From IMG/VR virus record IMGVR_UViG_3300028394_002659: DNA of 64,000 nucleotides; one strand, given 5' to 3'. Shown piece after piece: positions 21,214 to 30,687 of this stretch. The DNA comes from a virus. Every line of letters begins with the position of its first letter. Position 1 is the first letter of the stretch. The position numbers and the translations under genes were made by a program. Below the pieces are notes generated by a model. That model made no database searches. It worked only from the letters and a program-made list of their open reading frames with translations, and was not told where the DNA came from.

Positions 21214-22126
21214 ATCCTTGTTCAACATCCACTTGGGGATCATACCCAAGTATGGTCCTGGCACGATCAATATTTAATGCGCCGCGTGACGGGAAGTCTG
21301 CATCCTTGTCGCGTATCTCAATGGTGCCCTTGCCCACAATCTTAACAATCATCTCTGCGGCTTCTAACAAACTGACTGAGTGTGATTTGGTAATGTTATA
21401 GGTCTTGTTGGCAGCCATAATGCGTGTCGCGGCAGCCACAATACCATCCGCGGCATCATCCACATAGGTAAAGTCTAGTGTCTCGGATACCCCATTAACA
21501 TGGAGAACGCTGCCTCGCATGGCGGCGAGCATAAACTTTGCAACCACTCGGTCTTCCACGTCCAAGGGTCCGTATACAGCACTAGGCCTGATAATAGCGT
21601 AGTCAAAGCAACCACGACGATGATAATCTTTAACAAGGTCTTCTCCAGATAATTTCATAATTCCATATTGTCCAATAGGACGGCATTCAGCATCCTCTAG
21701 CACTTGATCTTCAAAGTCTCCGTAGACCATACTGCTGGATATGTACACCACACGCTCCACACCATGCTTTTTGGCACTCTCGCAAACGTTGATCAAACCT
21801 TCCGTCATGACTCTGGCACCCCATGCAGGGTTGGCATTCACAACTTTCTGTCGAGGAAAGCTGGCCATGTGTATGATCACATCAGGCTTGTGTTCTTCTA
21901 CCACACGATCAAATGCCTCGGCGTCTGAGATATCAGTGCGATATATGTCCTGTGTTGCAATCTTCTTGCGCCGTTCGTCCAACAAGTACTCTAGTTCGTC
22001 TTGCGGAATGATACCATAGTTAGTCATGATGTCCACAATCACAACTTCATGTTCTTTTGCTTCTAGTCGTTGTACCACGTTGTGCCCAATCAGACCCATG
22101 CCCCCGGTTACTAAAAATTTACTCAT
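21155..22126 (-). CDS. NAD-dependent sugar epimerase/dehydratase
   Basis: VTGGMGLIG, ISSSMVYG, YGIMK. Confidence 0.9.
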   Translation of the reverse strand: MSKFLVTGGMGLIGHNVVQRLEAKEHEVVIVDIMTNYGIIPQDELEYLLDERRKKIATQDIYRTDISDAEAFDRVVEEHKPDVIIHMASFPRQKVVNANPAWGARVMTEGLINVCESAKKHGVERVVYISSSMVYGDFEDQVLEDAECRPIGQYGIMKLSGEDLVKDYHRRGCFDYAIIRPSAVYGPLDVEDRVVAKFMLAAMRGSVLHVNGVSETLDFTYVDDAADGIVAAATRIMAANKTYNITKSHSVSLLEAAEMIVKIVGKGTIEIRDKDADFPSRGALNIDRARTILGYDPQVDVEQGFENYYNWIDNSVYWSKKAV

Positions 22127-22449
22127 TTAATATCGCCCCATTTGAGTTGCCAAAAAGTTTCGTTCTGTTCGCTGAGCCTGGCCACAATGCGATACATGTG
22201 TCCATAATTGTGAGGATCCATGCTACGAGACCAATAAGGTTTGTCCTCAGCATTTTCCATTATGAATCGACCAGCATCTGATTCTTGCCACTTCCATATG
22301 GGTTCAGCAACCATCAAATCCGGATCTTCTACATCGCCCATGCGAATCTCATGCACACATACGTCGCGAAAACGTACTGCCTTATCGTTGATGATTTTTA
22401 CTTGTTCAGGTTGCCAATGCTCTACTTGCTCATTGTGTGTTATTGCCAT
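22123..22449 (-). CDS. Hypothetical protein (leaderless)
   Basis: MAITHNEQ start 5 nt after TATACT of a TTGCAA-17-TATACT promoter (22483-22455). Confidence 0.7.
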   Translation of the reverse strand: MAITHNEQVEHWQPEQVKIINDKAVRFRDVCVHEIRMGDVEDPDLMVAEPIWKWQESDAGRFIMENAEDKPYWSRSMDPHNYGHMYRIVARLSEQNETFWQLKWGDIK

Positions 22450-22469
22450 ACACAAGTATAGCAGAGCAG

Positions 22470-23141
22470 TTAGTTTTTTGCAACCAAGTCGGTGGCCAAT
22501 GGGAAGATTGCGGCAATGGCTCGAGCACACTCAACAGCCACCGCTTGGTGTTCCAGTTGTGTGCCATTACCTGAACGTAGTTCAATAAAGTGTATCCATG
22601 ATCTCAAGGTACCGTTCATGTATAGTCGACTTTGAATCAAGCCTTCTGGTAGCACAGCACGTGCCTGTTCCTTGGCAATACCGTTCTTGATAGCCCATTC
22701 ATACTCACGTCGGGCCGCATAGATAACCCGCTGTTGAGCACGATACCATTCGTTCTCCAACAAGTTGTTGTCGTGCTCTATGCTATTTTGTCGATTCTTT
22801 GGGTCTTGAAGTCTTCCACTGCGGGTAACGAATTCAAGATCCGTTGTCGGGTCAGCATATCGTTGACTGAACTCTTGGAAACTGAAACTTCTGTGTCTGA
22901 GGATTTGCCGTGCAATATCTCGTGTTGTCGTAATTTCCATGCAAGCTGAGACCATTTCGAGTGGACTCCAGTGTTGGTGTCTGACAAGGTATCGGATGAG
23001 TTTTTCGCTGGTTTCATTGTTGAACTGGTTGGTGGGATTGGATACTCGTGCGCAGAAAGCGATAAGTTCTTGAGCATCGTCAATGCCCTGGGCTCTAAAG
23101 TCTTCTGTTGGTTGTGAATAGGAGACAAGTTTAACATTCAT
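22470..23141 (-). CDS. thyX: Flavin-dependent thymidylate synthase
   Basis: HWSPLE and RQILRHRSFSFQEFSQRY ThyX motif. Confidence 0.95.
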   Translation of the reverse strand: MNVKLVSYSQPTEDFRAQGIDDAQELIAFCARVSNPTNQFNNETSEKLIRYLVRHQHWSPLEMVSACMEITTTRDIARQILRHRSFSFQEFSQRYADPTTDLEFVTRSGRLQDPKNRQNSIEHDNNLLENEWYRAQQRVIYAARREYEWAIKNGIAKEQARAVLPEGLIQSRLYMNGTLRSWIHFIELRSGNGTQLEHQAVAVECARAIAAIFPLATDLVAKN

Positions 23142-23440
23142 AGATCTTTTAAAAGTTTATCGGTTTCGGGCTGTACAAGTTTGGCAACTTCAGTAACATC
23201 GACCACAAAGTCAATGTCACGAACAGTGTCTCCAAGTTCAGTTAGTGTACGGGTCAAGATAGTTTCAACTTCTTCTAGGTCAAGACCCTGTCGTCTTAGT
23301 GCGGCCAGATTAATCGTTTTTTGACGACGATCACCTAGTCTAATTACAACTTTTTTAATGCACTCAAGTGGGACTTCTGTTTTATTGACTTGTTCAATAA
23401 TGTGTTCCCACTGTTGAATGAATTCATCACTGAACGGCAT
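23138..23440 (-). CDS. Hypothetical protein
   Basis: 100-aa ORF overlapping neighbours. Confidence 0.7.
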   Translation of the reverse strand: MPFSDEFIQQWEHIIEQVNKTEVPLECIKKVVIRLGDRRQKTINLAALRRQGLDLEEVETILTRTLTELGDTVRDIDFVVDVTEVAKLVQPETDKLLKDL

Positions 23441-24170
23441 CGGCAGTCGCTACCTTGGCTTTAGGAGGACGACCTTTTTTTGGTGCCGTGGGGGCGACTG
23501 ATTCTGCGACAGGTGTAACATACTCTTTTGCATTGACACTGGGATTTAAACCTTGTGCTTGTTTCTTCATGCGGGCGGCTTCGGCAATCATGCCTTTGGC
23601 TTCTATTTCCATACGTTTGGCCTGTGCCAACATGTTGGCCGCAAGAGTCTTGTCATCCAGTGCACCGTCGGTGCTGGTCAATGGTGGAACATAAGGTGTG
23701 GCTGTGTCTTGTGCCTTGCGTTCTTCTCTGCGTTTGTATTCTGCTTCGGCCTTGCGCTTTTGTGCAGGATCAACCATGCCGGCGCTGGCATCAAGTTCTT
23801 GTAGACGTTTGAGTGCTTCTCCGCCTTGTTCCATTTCGCGAATGATTTTGTTCATCTCGTCCAGTTTCACACTGCTTTGTGCGCTGGGAGTTACAATAAC
23901 TTGGTTGGTAGAGATCTTCTTGATCATGCCTTCACGATGCATGGCTTCCAGTTGTGGACGGCCATCGGGCAGGAGATTGCGGTGCAACACTTCTGACAAG
24001 TTTGTTGCGGCCTGTCCTGGAGCACTTTCCAGCGTGGCCATGATTGAGTTGTGAATATGTGTGGGCATGGTTTCTGGATATACCACAAGGCACATGTGCT
24101 CCTCGCCGGGTACTTCTCTGTAGAGAATAGCAACCTTGCGGTCACCGTGTCGTCCTATATGTTTAAGCAT
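23427..24170 (-). CDS. Hypothetical protein
   Basis: 247 aa; SD GGAG; charged helical C-terminus. Confidence 0.75.
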   Translation of the reverse strand: MLKHIGRHGDRKVAILYREVPGEEHMCLVVYPETMPTHIHNSIMATLESAPGQAATNLSEVLHRNLLPDGRPQLEAMHREGMIKKISTNQVIVTPSAQSSVKLDEMNKIIREMEQGGEALKRLQELDASAGMVDPAQKRKAEAEYKRREERKAQDTATPYVPPLTSTDGALDDKTLAANMLAQAKRMEIEAKGMIAEAARMKKQAQGLNPSVNAKEYVTPVAESVAPTAPKKGRPPKAKVATADAVQ

Positions 24171-24372
24171 TTTGATCTCCTTGAGGTTGTGCTTGTTCTG
24201 CTTCTTGGGCTTGCTGTTGGGCTACAATAGAGTCCAAGAATGCAGAAAGTTTATCATAAACATCACCAACAGATTTCATCTCTGCGGCTCGGAATGCACC
24301 GCGAGTACATGCGGCATCGATGATTTGTTTGAGACTTGCTAAATCAGCAATAGTAAGTTGTGCGTTTTCCAT
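24163..24372 (-). CDS. Hypothetical protein
   Basis: MENAQLTIADL; TAAATA 5 nt upstream. Confidence 0.7.
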   Translation of the reverse strand: MENAQLTIADLASLKQIIDAACTRGAFRAAEMKSVGDVYDKLSAFLDSIVAQQQAQEAEQAQPQGDQNA

Positions 24373-24411
24373 ATAGATATTTAACAATCAAATCTCAGAA
24401 GATTTTATTTT

Positions 24412-25281
24412 CTATATAATTTCGGGCAAATTAACCAATCCTAATTGCTGTCTAATTTTGGCAACAGGTATATAGAGATCTATCAGTTCTGGCATGTGTA
24501 ATTTTAACAGATCTTGGTGCTTATCTTTTATATGGTGCAATCTCTCAAACCCATTCATTTTGGATCTACGTTTCATCTCGGGCCATGCACGATGGAACTC
24601 TAATATTTTTTCGGGACTGGAGCCGATTGGGTTAGAAACAAAGTAATTAACATCCTGACAAATAAGTTTAAGTACTGGACTGTCTAAATATGCAGACATA
24701 AGTTCGGGAGTGGTTTCAAAAAAACTAGGGTAATGATGATTACCAGTCGCTTGATTCCACTCATGGCTCATAATATGCCCAAGGTCATAACGTATTGCTG
24801 GACGTTTTTTGTAACGACTGATTGCTTCCTCACGGCCGCCCATGACCAGACTATATCCTTGTTGCCCTGCCTGTTCCATTAACCAAAGTTGAAGATATCT
24901 AAAAACTTCGTGACTTTTATACCCTTGATCAATATAAGATCTTGTGCCTTGTGACATAAAACCTAATATGTCAACGTCTAGCACAATAGGGGTAATCTTA
25001 TTTTCAGTACAAAACTTAAACGCCCAAGATATATCCTGGGTGTTAAAATCATCGTTGAATTTCATGATGAATACCCTAAAGTCTATATCTTGTTCTAGCA
25101 AACTGCGACAAATAACTTCACTATCAATCCCACCACTAAACGCAACTGCCATTGGTCGTTTGATTGTTCCAGCAATCAATTGTAGTGCGGCATCAACTTC
25201 TTCTCGCAAAGATGCTACTGGTCTCTGTATTGATCTAAAGGTAATTTCAAAAGGATCTAGAGTATATTCAAAAGCAAGCAT
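24412..25281 (-). CDS. PP-loop (adenine nucleotide alpha-hydrolase-like) protein
   Basis: VAFSGGIDSE. Confidence 0.7.
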   Translation of the reverse strand: MLAFEYTLDPFEITFRSIQRPVASLREEVDAALQLIAGTIKRPMAVAFSGGIDSEVICRSLLEQDIDFRVFIMKFNDDFNTQDISWAFKFCTENKITPIVLDVDILGFMSQGTRSYIDQGYKSHEVFRYLQLWLMEQAGQQGYSLVMGGREEAISRYKKRPAIRYDLGHIMSHEWNQATGNHHYPSFFETTPELMSAYLDSPVLKLICQDVNYFVSNPIGSSPEKILEFHRAWPEMKRRSKMNGFERLHHIKDKHQDLLKLHMPELIDLYIPVAKIRQQLGLVNLPEII

Positions 25282-25283
25282 CT

Positions 25284-25493
25284 TTAACTGTGTAAGAATT
25301 CGTTCAGGCGGTCAACTGCCTCGTTGAAGTCCACTGCCCAAACCCGTGCCTCTAATATGTTGCCTGTGATCTGCATGTCAAACGGTATGACACCGCGAAA
25401 GCCAAAATCATCTGGAAGTTCGGTAGTGACTGTAAATTCCTGTAAATTCTTTGCCCTAAAGATCAAGTTAGTGGCCATGTCGACTGAGTTCAT
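25284..25493 (-). CDS. Hypothetical protein
   Basis: SD AAGGAG; coupled to upstream ORF. Confidence 0.6.
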   Translation of the reverse strand: MNSVDMATNLIFRAKNLQEFTVTTELPDDFGFRGVIPFDMQITGNILEARVWAVDFNEAVDRLNEFLHS

Positions 25494-25729
25494 TTATACT
25501 CCTTAATATCCTTGTGCTTGACAATGATAAAGTTATATATCTGATTATCGAACCGGATAGGTAAATCTAGGTGTATAGTAATCTCAGGACCATCACGATG
25601 GTTGAGCAAACGATCGTTACCAACCGTGCCCACAAACGGTATCTTGTTCCACTTACCAAACACACGATCGCCTATATCCCATACGGCTTGGTAGCCTATA
25701 CGGTCAAAGTAATCAGTTTGATTGCCCAT
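25490..25729 (-). CDS. Hypothetical protein
   Basis: MGNQTDYF start chosen. Confidence 0.6.
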   Translation of the reverse strand: MGNQTDYFDRIGYQAVWDIGDRVFGKWNKIPFVGTVGNDRLLNHRDGPEITIHLDLPIRFDNQIYNFIIVKHKDIKEYK

Positions 25730-25898
25730 GACTACCCATTTTTTTGCCAGACAGCAACAAGTTTGCCACTGAAACAAACAGGCTCAAACTGCCATATGCC
25801 ATGTCGCCACGAGCAAAGTAATCTGCGGCAACCATCAAACTAACACCTGACACAAAGCCAGAAATAACATCTTGATGTTTTATTATCCATGCGTACAT
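25713..25898 (-). CDS. Small membrane protein
   Basis: Two hydrophobic segments. Confidence 0.55.
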   Translation of the reverse strand: MYAWIIKHQDVISGFVSGVSLMVAADYFARGDMAYGSLSLFVSVANLLLSGKKMGSHGQSN

Positions 25899-26080
25899 TA
25901 TATAAAATCCTTAAACATTTTTTTACGTCCTTCTTCACCAATGTGATAGTCGAACAATTCCCTTGTGCGTTGCAACATAGCACAAGCCATCATCAATTGA
26001 TCTTCACGGTCATCGCACATGAGTATCTGTTGCTCTATTGGACGCATGAGGTCAGTCATGCGTTTTTGAATCTCGCTCAC
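25898..26080 (-). CDS. Hypothetical protein
   Basis: Coupled 60-aa ORF. Confidence 0.6.
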   Translation of the reverse strand: MSEIQKRMTDLMRPIEQQILMCDDREDQLMMACAMLQRTRELFDYHIGEEGRKKMFKDFI

Positions 26081-26286
26081 ATCTTTCTTTCGTGAATCAT
26101 GGATTCAAATGTGTTCCACAAGAGATTGAACTTGCGCTCGTAGTATTCGGCCAATACCTTGAAATCTTCTGTTGCGGAATCTTGATCAATGTACATTTGA
26201 ATGTCAGCAGTGACTTTCCAGCACTCCAAGATCTCTTGCTCTAGATCAAACCGATCTTTTGTTTTCTCAATCATTTCAACTTCCAT
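26077..26286 (-). CDS. Hypothetical protein
   Basis: MEVEMIEKTKDRFDLEQEI; SD GGAGG. Confidence 0.6.
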   Translation of the reverse strand: MEVEMIEKTKDRFDLEQEILECWKVTADIQMYIDQDSATEDFKVLAEYYERKFNLLWNTFESMIHERKM

Positions 26287-26422
26287 CGTGGTTCCTCCAT
26301 TCCTTCCTGGCCAGTTTAGCCTCTTCAACAACCCTCTTGCACAAAGTCCATACAGGATGCCAAAAGTATCCTAGTACAAAGCCCCAGACAAACGGTCCTA
26401 ACGCTTGTAAAAAGTCATTCAC
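26276..26422 (-). CDS. 48-aa membrane protein (not in ORF track)
   Basis: GTG start; MNDFLQALGPFVWGFVLGYFWHPVW...; fills gap. Confidence 0.5.
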   Translation of the reverse strand: MNDFLQALGPFVWGFVLGYFWHPVWTLCKRVVEEAKLARKEWRNHDGS

Positions 26423-26643
26423 GTTTCGACTCCAAAATGTTCTTTGATTCTCATACCGTTAGTTTTAGTAATATATCCACAACCAAGTGAATTGGATCTC
26501 TCTGTATCAGCGATCATAGCACATTCTCCAACAATCAACTGGGCCAATTTTTCTAATTTGTGCTGTTGGCGATAACAAGTCATTCCGTTAACAAACTGTA
26601 ATAATTCAGCCTGTTCAGCAAGTTGTTTAGTTAGTTCGTGCAT
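26419..26643 (-). CDS. Hypothetical protein, paralog of 26812-27042
   Basis: Shared C-terminus ECA.I.DTERSNS.GCGYITKTNGMRIKEHFG. Confidence 0.65.
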   Translation of the reverse strand: MHELTKQLAEQAELLQFVNGMTCYRQQHKLEKLAQLIVGECAMIADTERSNSLGCGYITKTNGMRIKEHFGVET

Positions 26644-26815
26644 GTTGACTCCATTTGATATATCCACCATTGGTCTCACTCCACGGACAATATTGTTCCC
26701 ATAGTGCTTGGCCTGTGTCAGGATTTTCTTTCATCAATCGGTCTATGCCGGGTCGAGTCGTATATCCGTCCAAACTCCAGTTGTGATTTTTCAGTGCAGT
26801 TTCAAGTTCGGTCAT
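26627..26815 (-). CDS. Hypothetical protein
   Basis: Coupled 62-aa ORF. Confidence 0.55.
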   Translation of the reverse strand: MTELETALKNHNWSLDGYTTRPGIDRLMKENPDTGQALWEQYCPWSETNGGYIKWSQHARTN

Positions 26816-27042
26816 GGTTCAAGTCCAAAATGTTCTTTAATTCTCATGCCGTTTGTTTTGGTAATATATCCACAACCAACTGAATTGGATCTCTCCGTAT
26901 CGGAAATCTCAGCACATTCTTGCACAATCAATCGGGCGAATTTCTCAATATCAAAGTGCTCGTCAATCATGAATGTTCTGTTGCCATACACTTGATTCCA
27001 GGCACCGCACTCACGTGCAAATTTTTCTATGCGTTGGTTCAT
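26812..27042 (-). CDS. Hypothetical protein, paralog of 26419-26643
   Basis: Same shared C-terminus. Confidence 0.65.
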   Translation of the reverse strand: MNQRIEKFARECGAWNQVYGNRTFMIDEHFDIEKFARLIVQECAEISDTERSNSVGCGYITKTNGMRIKEHFGLEP

Positions 27043-28316
27043 TACTCAGCCTCGTCATAGTAAGCATATTGACCCCAAGGTGGTTCAATGGTTGTGGTAC
27101 CATGCAAGATCCAAACAGTATCTGCATAGTTCTCATCGCCCCATGAACCAAAAGGGTAGCCGTCTGTGAACACAACCAGTCGCTTGGGTTCAATTTCATT
27201 GTCCTTCAAATACTTGAAGATACAATCAAAGTCAGTGCCACCGCCACCTGTTACTTCGTAGTCGCAGATGTCCTCCAGGTTGTCTGAGTCGTATTGTGCA
27301 GGGTTGTATGCATCAGTATCAAACGTGATAACATGAATACGATATGCAGGGAACGAGTCCATAATACCTTGGATCTCACCCAAGAAGTCCTTCAACATCT
27401 TTTCTGAGATTGAGCCCGAAGCGTCCAGTGCAATAGCAATATCAATCATGGGATCCAGTTTCATACCGGGCATGACCGCATCCATGTGCCAACCTTTACG
27501 GCTGGCTCGCATCCAGGTGTAGTCACTCTTGATGGTGGATTCCAATTGCATACGCAACAATTCACGCCAGTTCATCTTGGGCTCGGTCATGTCTTGTATA
27601 AGACGCTTGACACCTGCTGGGATATTGCCTGCACCATCCACTGTAGCGGCTGCCGCCAACATGGCTTCTTTGATCTCGTCGCGGATTTGTTGGCGCTCTT
27701 CAGGTGTTAGTTTAGGACGACCTTTGCCTTCTTGGTCGCCATCGCCACCATCAGCAGGATCGCCCTCACCATCCATGTGCTCGTCAATCATCTTGTCCAA
27801 CAAGTCACTGATGTTGATCTTTTCTGCTTTCTCGTACAACTGGTCGTAGATTTCTTCTGAACTCATGCCGTCATACTTGCGATCAAACAGGCAAGGCACT
27901 GTGGTAATCATCTCACCTACCTTGTGTTTGACCAAATCTTGGTTGACAGCAAAGTCATTGGCAATATTAAACAACTGTGGGTCGCGATTGCCGCGACGTC
28001 CAAAGTGATCATAAACACAATGCAGGACCTCGTGTCCAAACAAGAATTCAATCTCTTTGGGCTTGAGCATTTTAATAAAGCGGCTATTGTAATAGAAGTT
28101 TCTGCCGTCTGTTGCGGCAGTGGCACACCACTCGTCTGCGTTTACCAGTTTCAAACGAGTAGCAAGATTGCCAAAGAATGAAGCCTTGAGCAACAGGCCC
28201 ACACGGGCAGTGATCAACATTTCACGCACAATTTTGTCGAGTTTTGGGTCCATGGGTCCAATAAGATCTTTGAACTTATCAGACTCTTTTTTGTTAGTAG
28301 TAGTAGCGGTAGTCAC
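27042..28316 (-). CDS. Metallopeptidase-like + VWA domain protein (DUF2201-like)
   Basis: TAATDG, HEVLH, DASGS MIDAS, GGGGTDF, FTDG. Confidence 0.9.
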   Translation of the reverse strand: MTTATTTNKKESDKFKDLIGPMDPKLDKIVREMLITARVGLLLKASFFGNLATRLKLVNADEWCATAATDGRNFYYNSRFIKMLKPKEIEFLFGHEVLHCVYDHFGRRGNRDPQLFNIANDFAVNQDLVKHKVGEMITTVPCLFDRKYDGMSSEEIYDQLYEKAEKINISDLLDKMIDEHMDGEGDPADGGDGDQEGKGRPKLTPEERQQIRDEIKEAMLAAAATVDGAGNIPAGVKRLIQDMTEPKMNWRELLRMQLESTIKSDYTWMRASRKGWHMDAVMPGMKLDPMIDIAIALDASGSISEKMLKDFLGEIQGIMDSFPAYRIHVITFDTDAYNPAQYDSDNLEDICDYEVTGGGGTDFDCIFKYLKDNEIEPKRLVVFTDGYPFGSWGDENYADTVWILHGTTTIEPPWGQYAYYDEAE

Positions 28317-28345
28317 GGGCTGTTCCTTTTGTTGTTTATGTGTAT

Positions 28346-28392
28346 ATTATAACAGATCACGATTTATTGGTCAAGTAGTACTTGGGTACTAT
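28346..28392 (-). promoter_or_regulatory. sigma70 promoter with abutting palindromic box
   Basis: TTGACC-17-TATAAT; GTAGTAC-TTGG-GTACTAT at 28375-28392. Confidence 0.75.
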
Positions 28393-28718
28393 GACACAGG
28401 GTGACTCAACAAGAACCAACTGAGTTCTTTGTCTGTTGCAACATAGATTCGGTAGTCATTGTATTTGGCACTGAAGGACCAAGTGGAGTTGATGTCATCC
28501 GGCTCAAATTCTTCCTCATGATGTTGTCGGGTACGAAGCAGTTCACTTCGAACTTCCACGTCTTGACCCCATCCATAGGTTGTGGTGAACCAACGTCGGG
28601 CACGATCAAAACTCAACACTCCTGTGCCAATCCAGTGTCCTTTTGAAAACTCAATCATGTACTGGTAGGCGGTATGATGACTGTACCTTGCATCTAATTT
28701 TATAACTTTGTATTTCAT
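28389..28718 (-). CDS. Hypothetical protein
   Basis: 109-aa ORF. Confidence 0.65.
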   Translation of the reverse strand: MKYKVIKLDARYSHHTAYQYMIEFSKGHWIGTGVLSFDRARRWFTTTYGWGQDVEVRSELLRTRQHHEEEFEPDDINSTWSFSAKYNDYRIYVATDKELSWFLLSHPVS

Positions 28719-28783
28719 ACCTGGAGAAGAAAAGGGGCCATGTGTCCACAGCCCGTGTATTTAATCCACACGACCCCTTAAAC

Positions 28784-29866
28784 TTAGGCCGACGCCTGCA
28801 AGATGTACTTGCCAAAGCGTTGGTGAAACTCGTCAAAGTTCTTCAACTTGGTTGGGAGGAAGGGCAAGTCGTATGTGGTCAATGCAATACGAGCACCCAT
28901 CACAGTCAACTCTGTCTCAAAGTTCTTCATCATGTAGCCCAGGAAGTTATCGGCCATCTCATGGAACTTTTTGTCTTCCACTTTGTTCTCCACTGCACCC
29001 TTCAACTCATAGCACATGGAGATTACCAGGCTGTACATGGCTGACACTTCTTTGACATTCAAGTCTTTGACTTTGCCGTTCAAGATGTCTGTAGGGTTAG
29101 GCATGCGGCCGGCAACCTTTTTATGGGCCATAAACTTCACTGCCAACCCTTCACCCACAGTACCTGCAATCAAGTTCATTATGGTGTCGTCGTCATCGCC
29201 TTCGTCAAGTAACTGGCTCACAAAGGTCCACGAACGTGGTGTAGCAAATGCACGGCTGGCACTCTTGGCATCAAAGTCGTACAAGTCTTGCTTGGCAAAA
29301 CTCAAGTAACCGACCACGTCCTTGTGGATACGGTTGTTCACCGCCCACTCTTGCCATGATGCAAAGTCCACTTTCATCTCTTGGTGGATGAAACGGTTTG
29401 CCAGCGGAGTCGGCATTCTATAAGTAACGCCTTTGTCGCTTTCACGGTTACCTGCGGCAACCATCACAACATTGTCGGGTAATTTATACTTGCCAATGCG
29501 TCGATTCAAAATAAGTTGATAAGCGGCACTCTGGACAGACGGTGCGGCACTGTTAAGTTCATCCAAGAACAAAATTACAATAGGGTAGTCCTTGGACATT
29601 TCTTCATCGGGCAGTTCCACAGGAGGAGCCCAATCCATCTTGCCAATGTCCTTGTTGTAGAACGGAATACCACGGATGTCTGTGGGTTCCATCTGACCCA
29701 GGCGCAGGTCAATCATCAAGCCACCAAGTTCCCGGGCAATGCCTTCAACCAGTTCACTCTTGCCAATGCCGGGAGGACCCCACAAGAACAAAGGACGTTT
29801 TACTTTGAATGCTTTGAGCAAAGATTTTTTTGCTTGAAGCGCGGTAACGGTGCGGGATTCTGACAT
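28784..29866 (-). CDS. MoxR-like AAA+ ATPase
   Basis: GPPGIGKS, LFLDELN, AAGN, PLANRF; adjacent VWA partner. Confidence 0.9.
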   Translation of the reverse strand: MSESRTVTALQAKKSLLKAFKVKRPLFLWGPPGIGKSELVEGIARELGGLMIDLRLGQMEPTDIRGIPFYNKDIGKMDWAPPVELPDEEMSKDYPIVILFLDELNSAAPSVQSAAYQLILNRRIGKYKLPDNVVMVAAGNRESDKGVTYRMPTPLANRFIHQEMKVDFASWQEWAVNNRIHKDVVGYLSFAKQDLYDFDAKSASRAFATPRSWTFVSQLLDEGDDDDTIMNLIAGTVGEGLAVKFMAHKKVAGRMPNPTDILNGKVKDLNVKEVSAMYSLVISMCYELKGAVENKVEDKKFHEMADNFLGYMMKNFETELTVMGARIALTTYDLPFLPTKLKNFDEFHQRFGKYILQASA

Positions 29867-29896
29867 GGGCTGTGCCTTTCAAGTTAATAAGTCTAT

Positions 29897-29925
29897 ATTG
29901 TAGCAGATGTTGATTTTGTGGTCAA
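29897..29925 (-). promoter_or_regulatory. sigma70 promoter
   Basis: TTGACC-17-TACAAT. Confidence 0.7.
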
Positions 29926-30092
29926 CTGTTTATTGTTGTAAAAGGGCTGAGAACTTCTTCAGGTTCTTGTGCCTCTGGCTTCTCGTAAACCCAAGATACT
30001 GGGATTTCAAGTTCACGGGCAATGTCCATTGCAGTCCGGCCCTTCTCCAGCAAGTACCGGATATCCAAATCAAGTTCGCTCATTCTGCTCAT
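29922..30092 (-). CDS. 56-aa helix-turn-helix protein (not in ORF track)
   Basis: MSRMSELDLDIRYLLEKGRTAMDIARELEIPVSWVYE... Confidence 0.65.
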   Translation of the reverse strand: MSRMSELDLDIRYLLEKGRTAMDIARELEIPVSWVYEKPEAQEPEEVLSPFTTINS

Positions 30093-30361
30093 GCTGTCTC
30101 CCTGTCCATGATGTAAGTGAATAAAATAAATTTTGCACGGTTCAGAGTCAAACGCTGGTCTTCCAAGATGTTAGCAAGGTTGTCGCTGTTGTGAGGACCA
30201 TAAGCCACCATCTCTTGGCTATCGCTCATTAGCCCGGCTACCATCATGGCAGGTCCTGACGTACGAAATGTGATGCTACGTTCCACACTCTCGCGAAGTT
30301 CGACTTCGGTAACACCATACATGCGAACTTCACGTTTTTGGCTTTCAGTCAGTTGTTTCAA
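30089..30361 (-). CDS. Hypothetical protein
   Basis: SD AAGGAG; promoter 30392-30420. Confidence 0.7.
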   Translation of the reverse strand: MKQLTESQKREVRMYGVTEVELRESVERSITFRTSGPAMMVAGLMSDSQEMVAYGPHNSDNLANILEDQRLTLNRAKFILFTYIMDRETA

Positions 30362-30391
30362 TTTAGGCTCCTTTTGTGTCTGTATGTGTAT

Positions 30392-30420
30392 ATTATAGCA
30401 AATCGGTAATTATCGGTCAA
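30392..30420 (-). promoter_or_regulatory. sigma70 promoter, near-duplicate of 51829-51857
   Basis: TTGACC-17-TATAAT. Confidence 0.75.
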
Positions 30421-30650
30421 CCAATTGCTTTGACTAGTCCTGTGAGCCCGATTGCCAGTGCAACAATGTTTACCAGTAACTGTGGGCGATTTGCAACACG
30501 GATTGACCATGCCATGAACAGTATAGTTCCCAGGAAAAATGCAAGAATGTTCCAAGGGTAGGCCGCAGGGCCCACGGCGTTGAGACTGTGGCCTGCAATG
30601 ATAAACACTGCCCCGGTCCACTGTAGTATTTCGTTAATTTCTAATTTCAT
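30417..30650 (-). CDS. Small membrane protein (leaderless)
   Basis: Hydrophobic helices; ATG 6 nt after TATAAT. Confidence 0.7.
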   Translation of the reverse strand: MKLEINEILQWTGAVFIIAGHSLNAVGPAAYPWNILAFFLGTILFMAWSIRVANRPQLLVNIVALAIGLTGLVKAIG

Positions 30651-30656
30651 GTTATG

Positions 30657-30685
30657 ATTATAACCGATCTTGAATATTTGGTCAA
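30657..30685 (-). promoter_or_regulatory. sigma70 promoter
   Basis: TTGACC-17-TATAAT. Confidence 0.75.
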
Positions 30686-30687
30686 GT

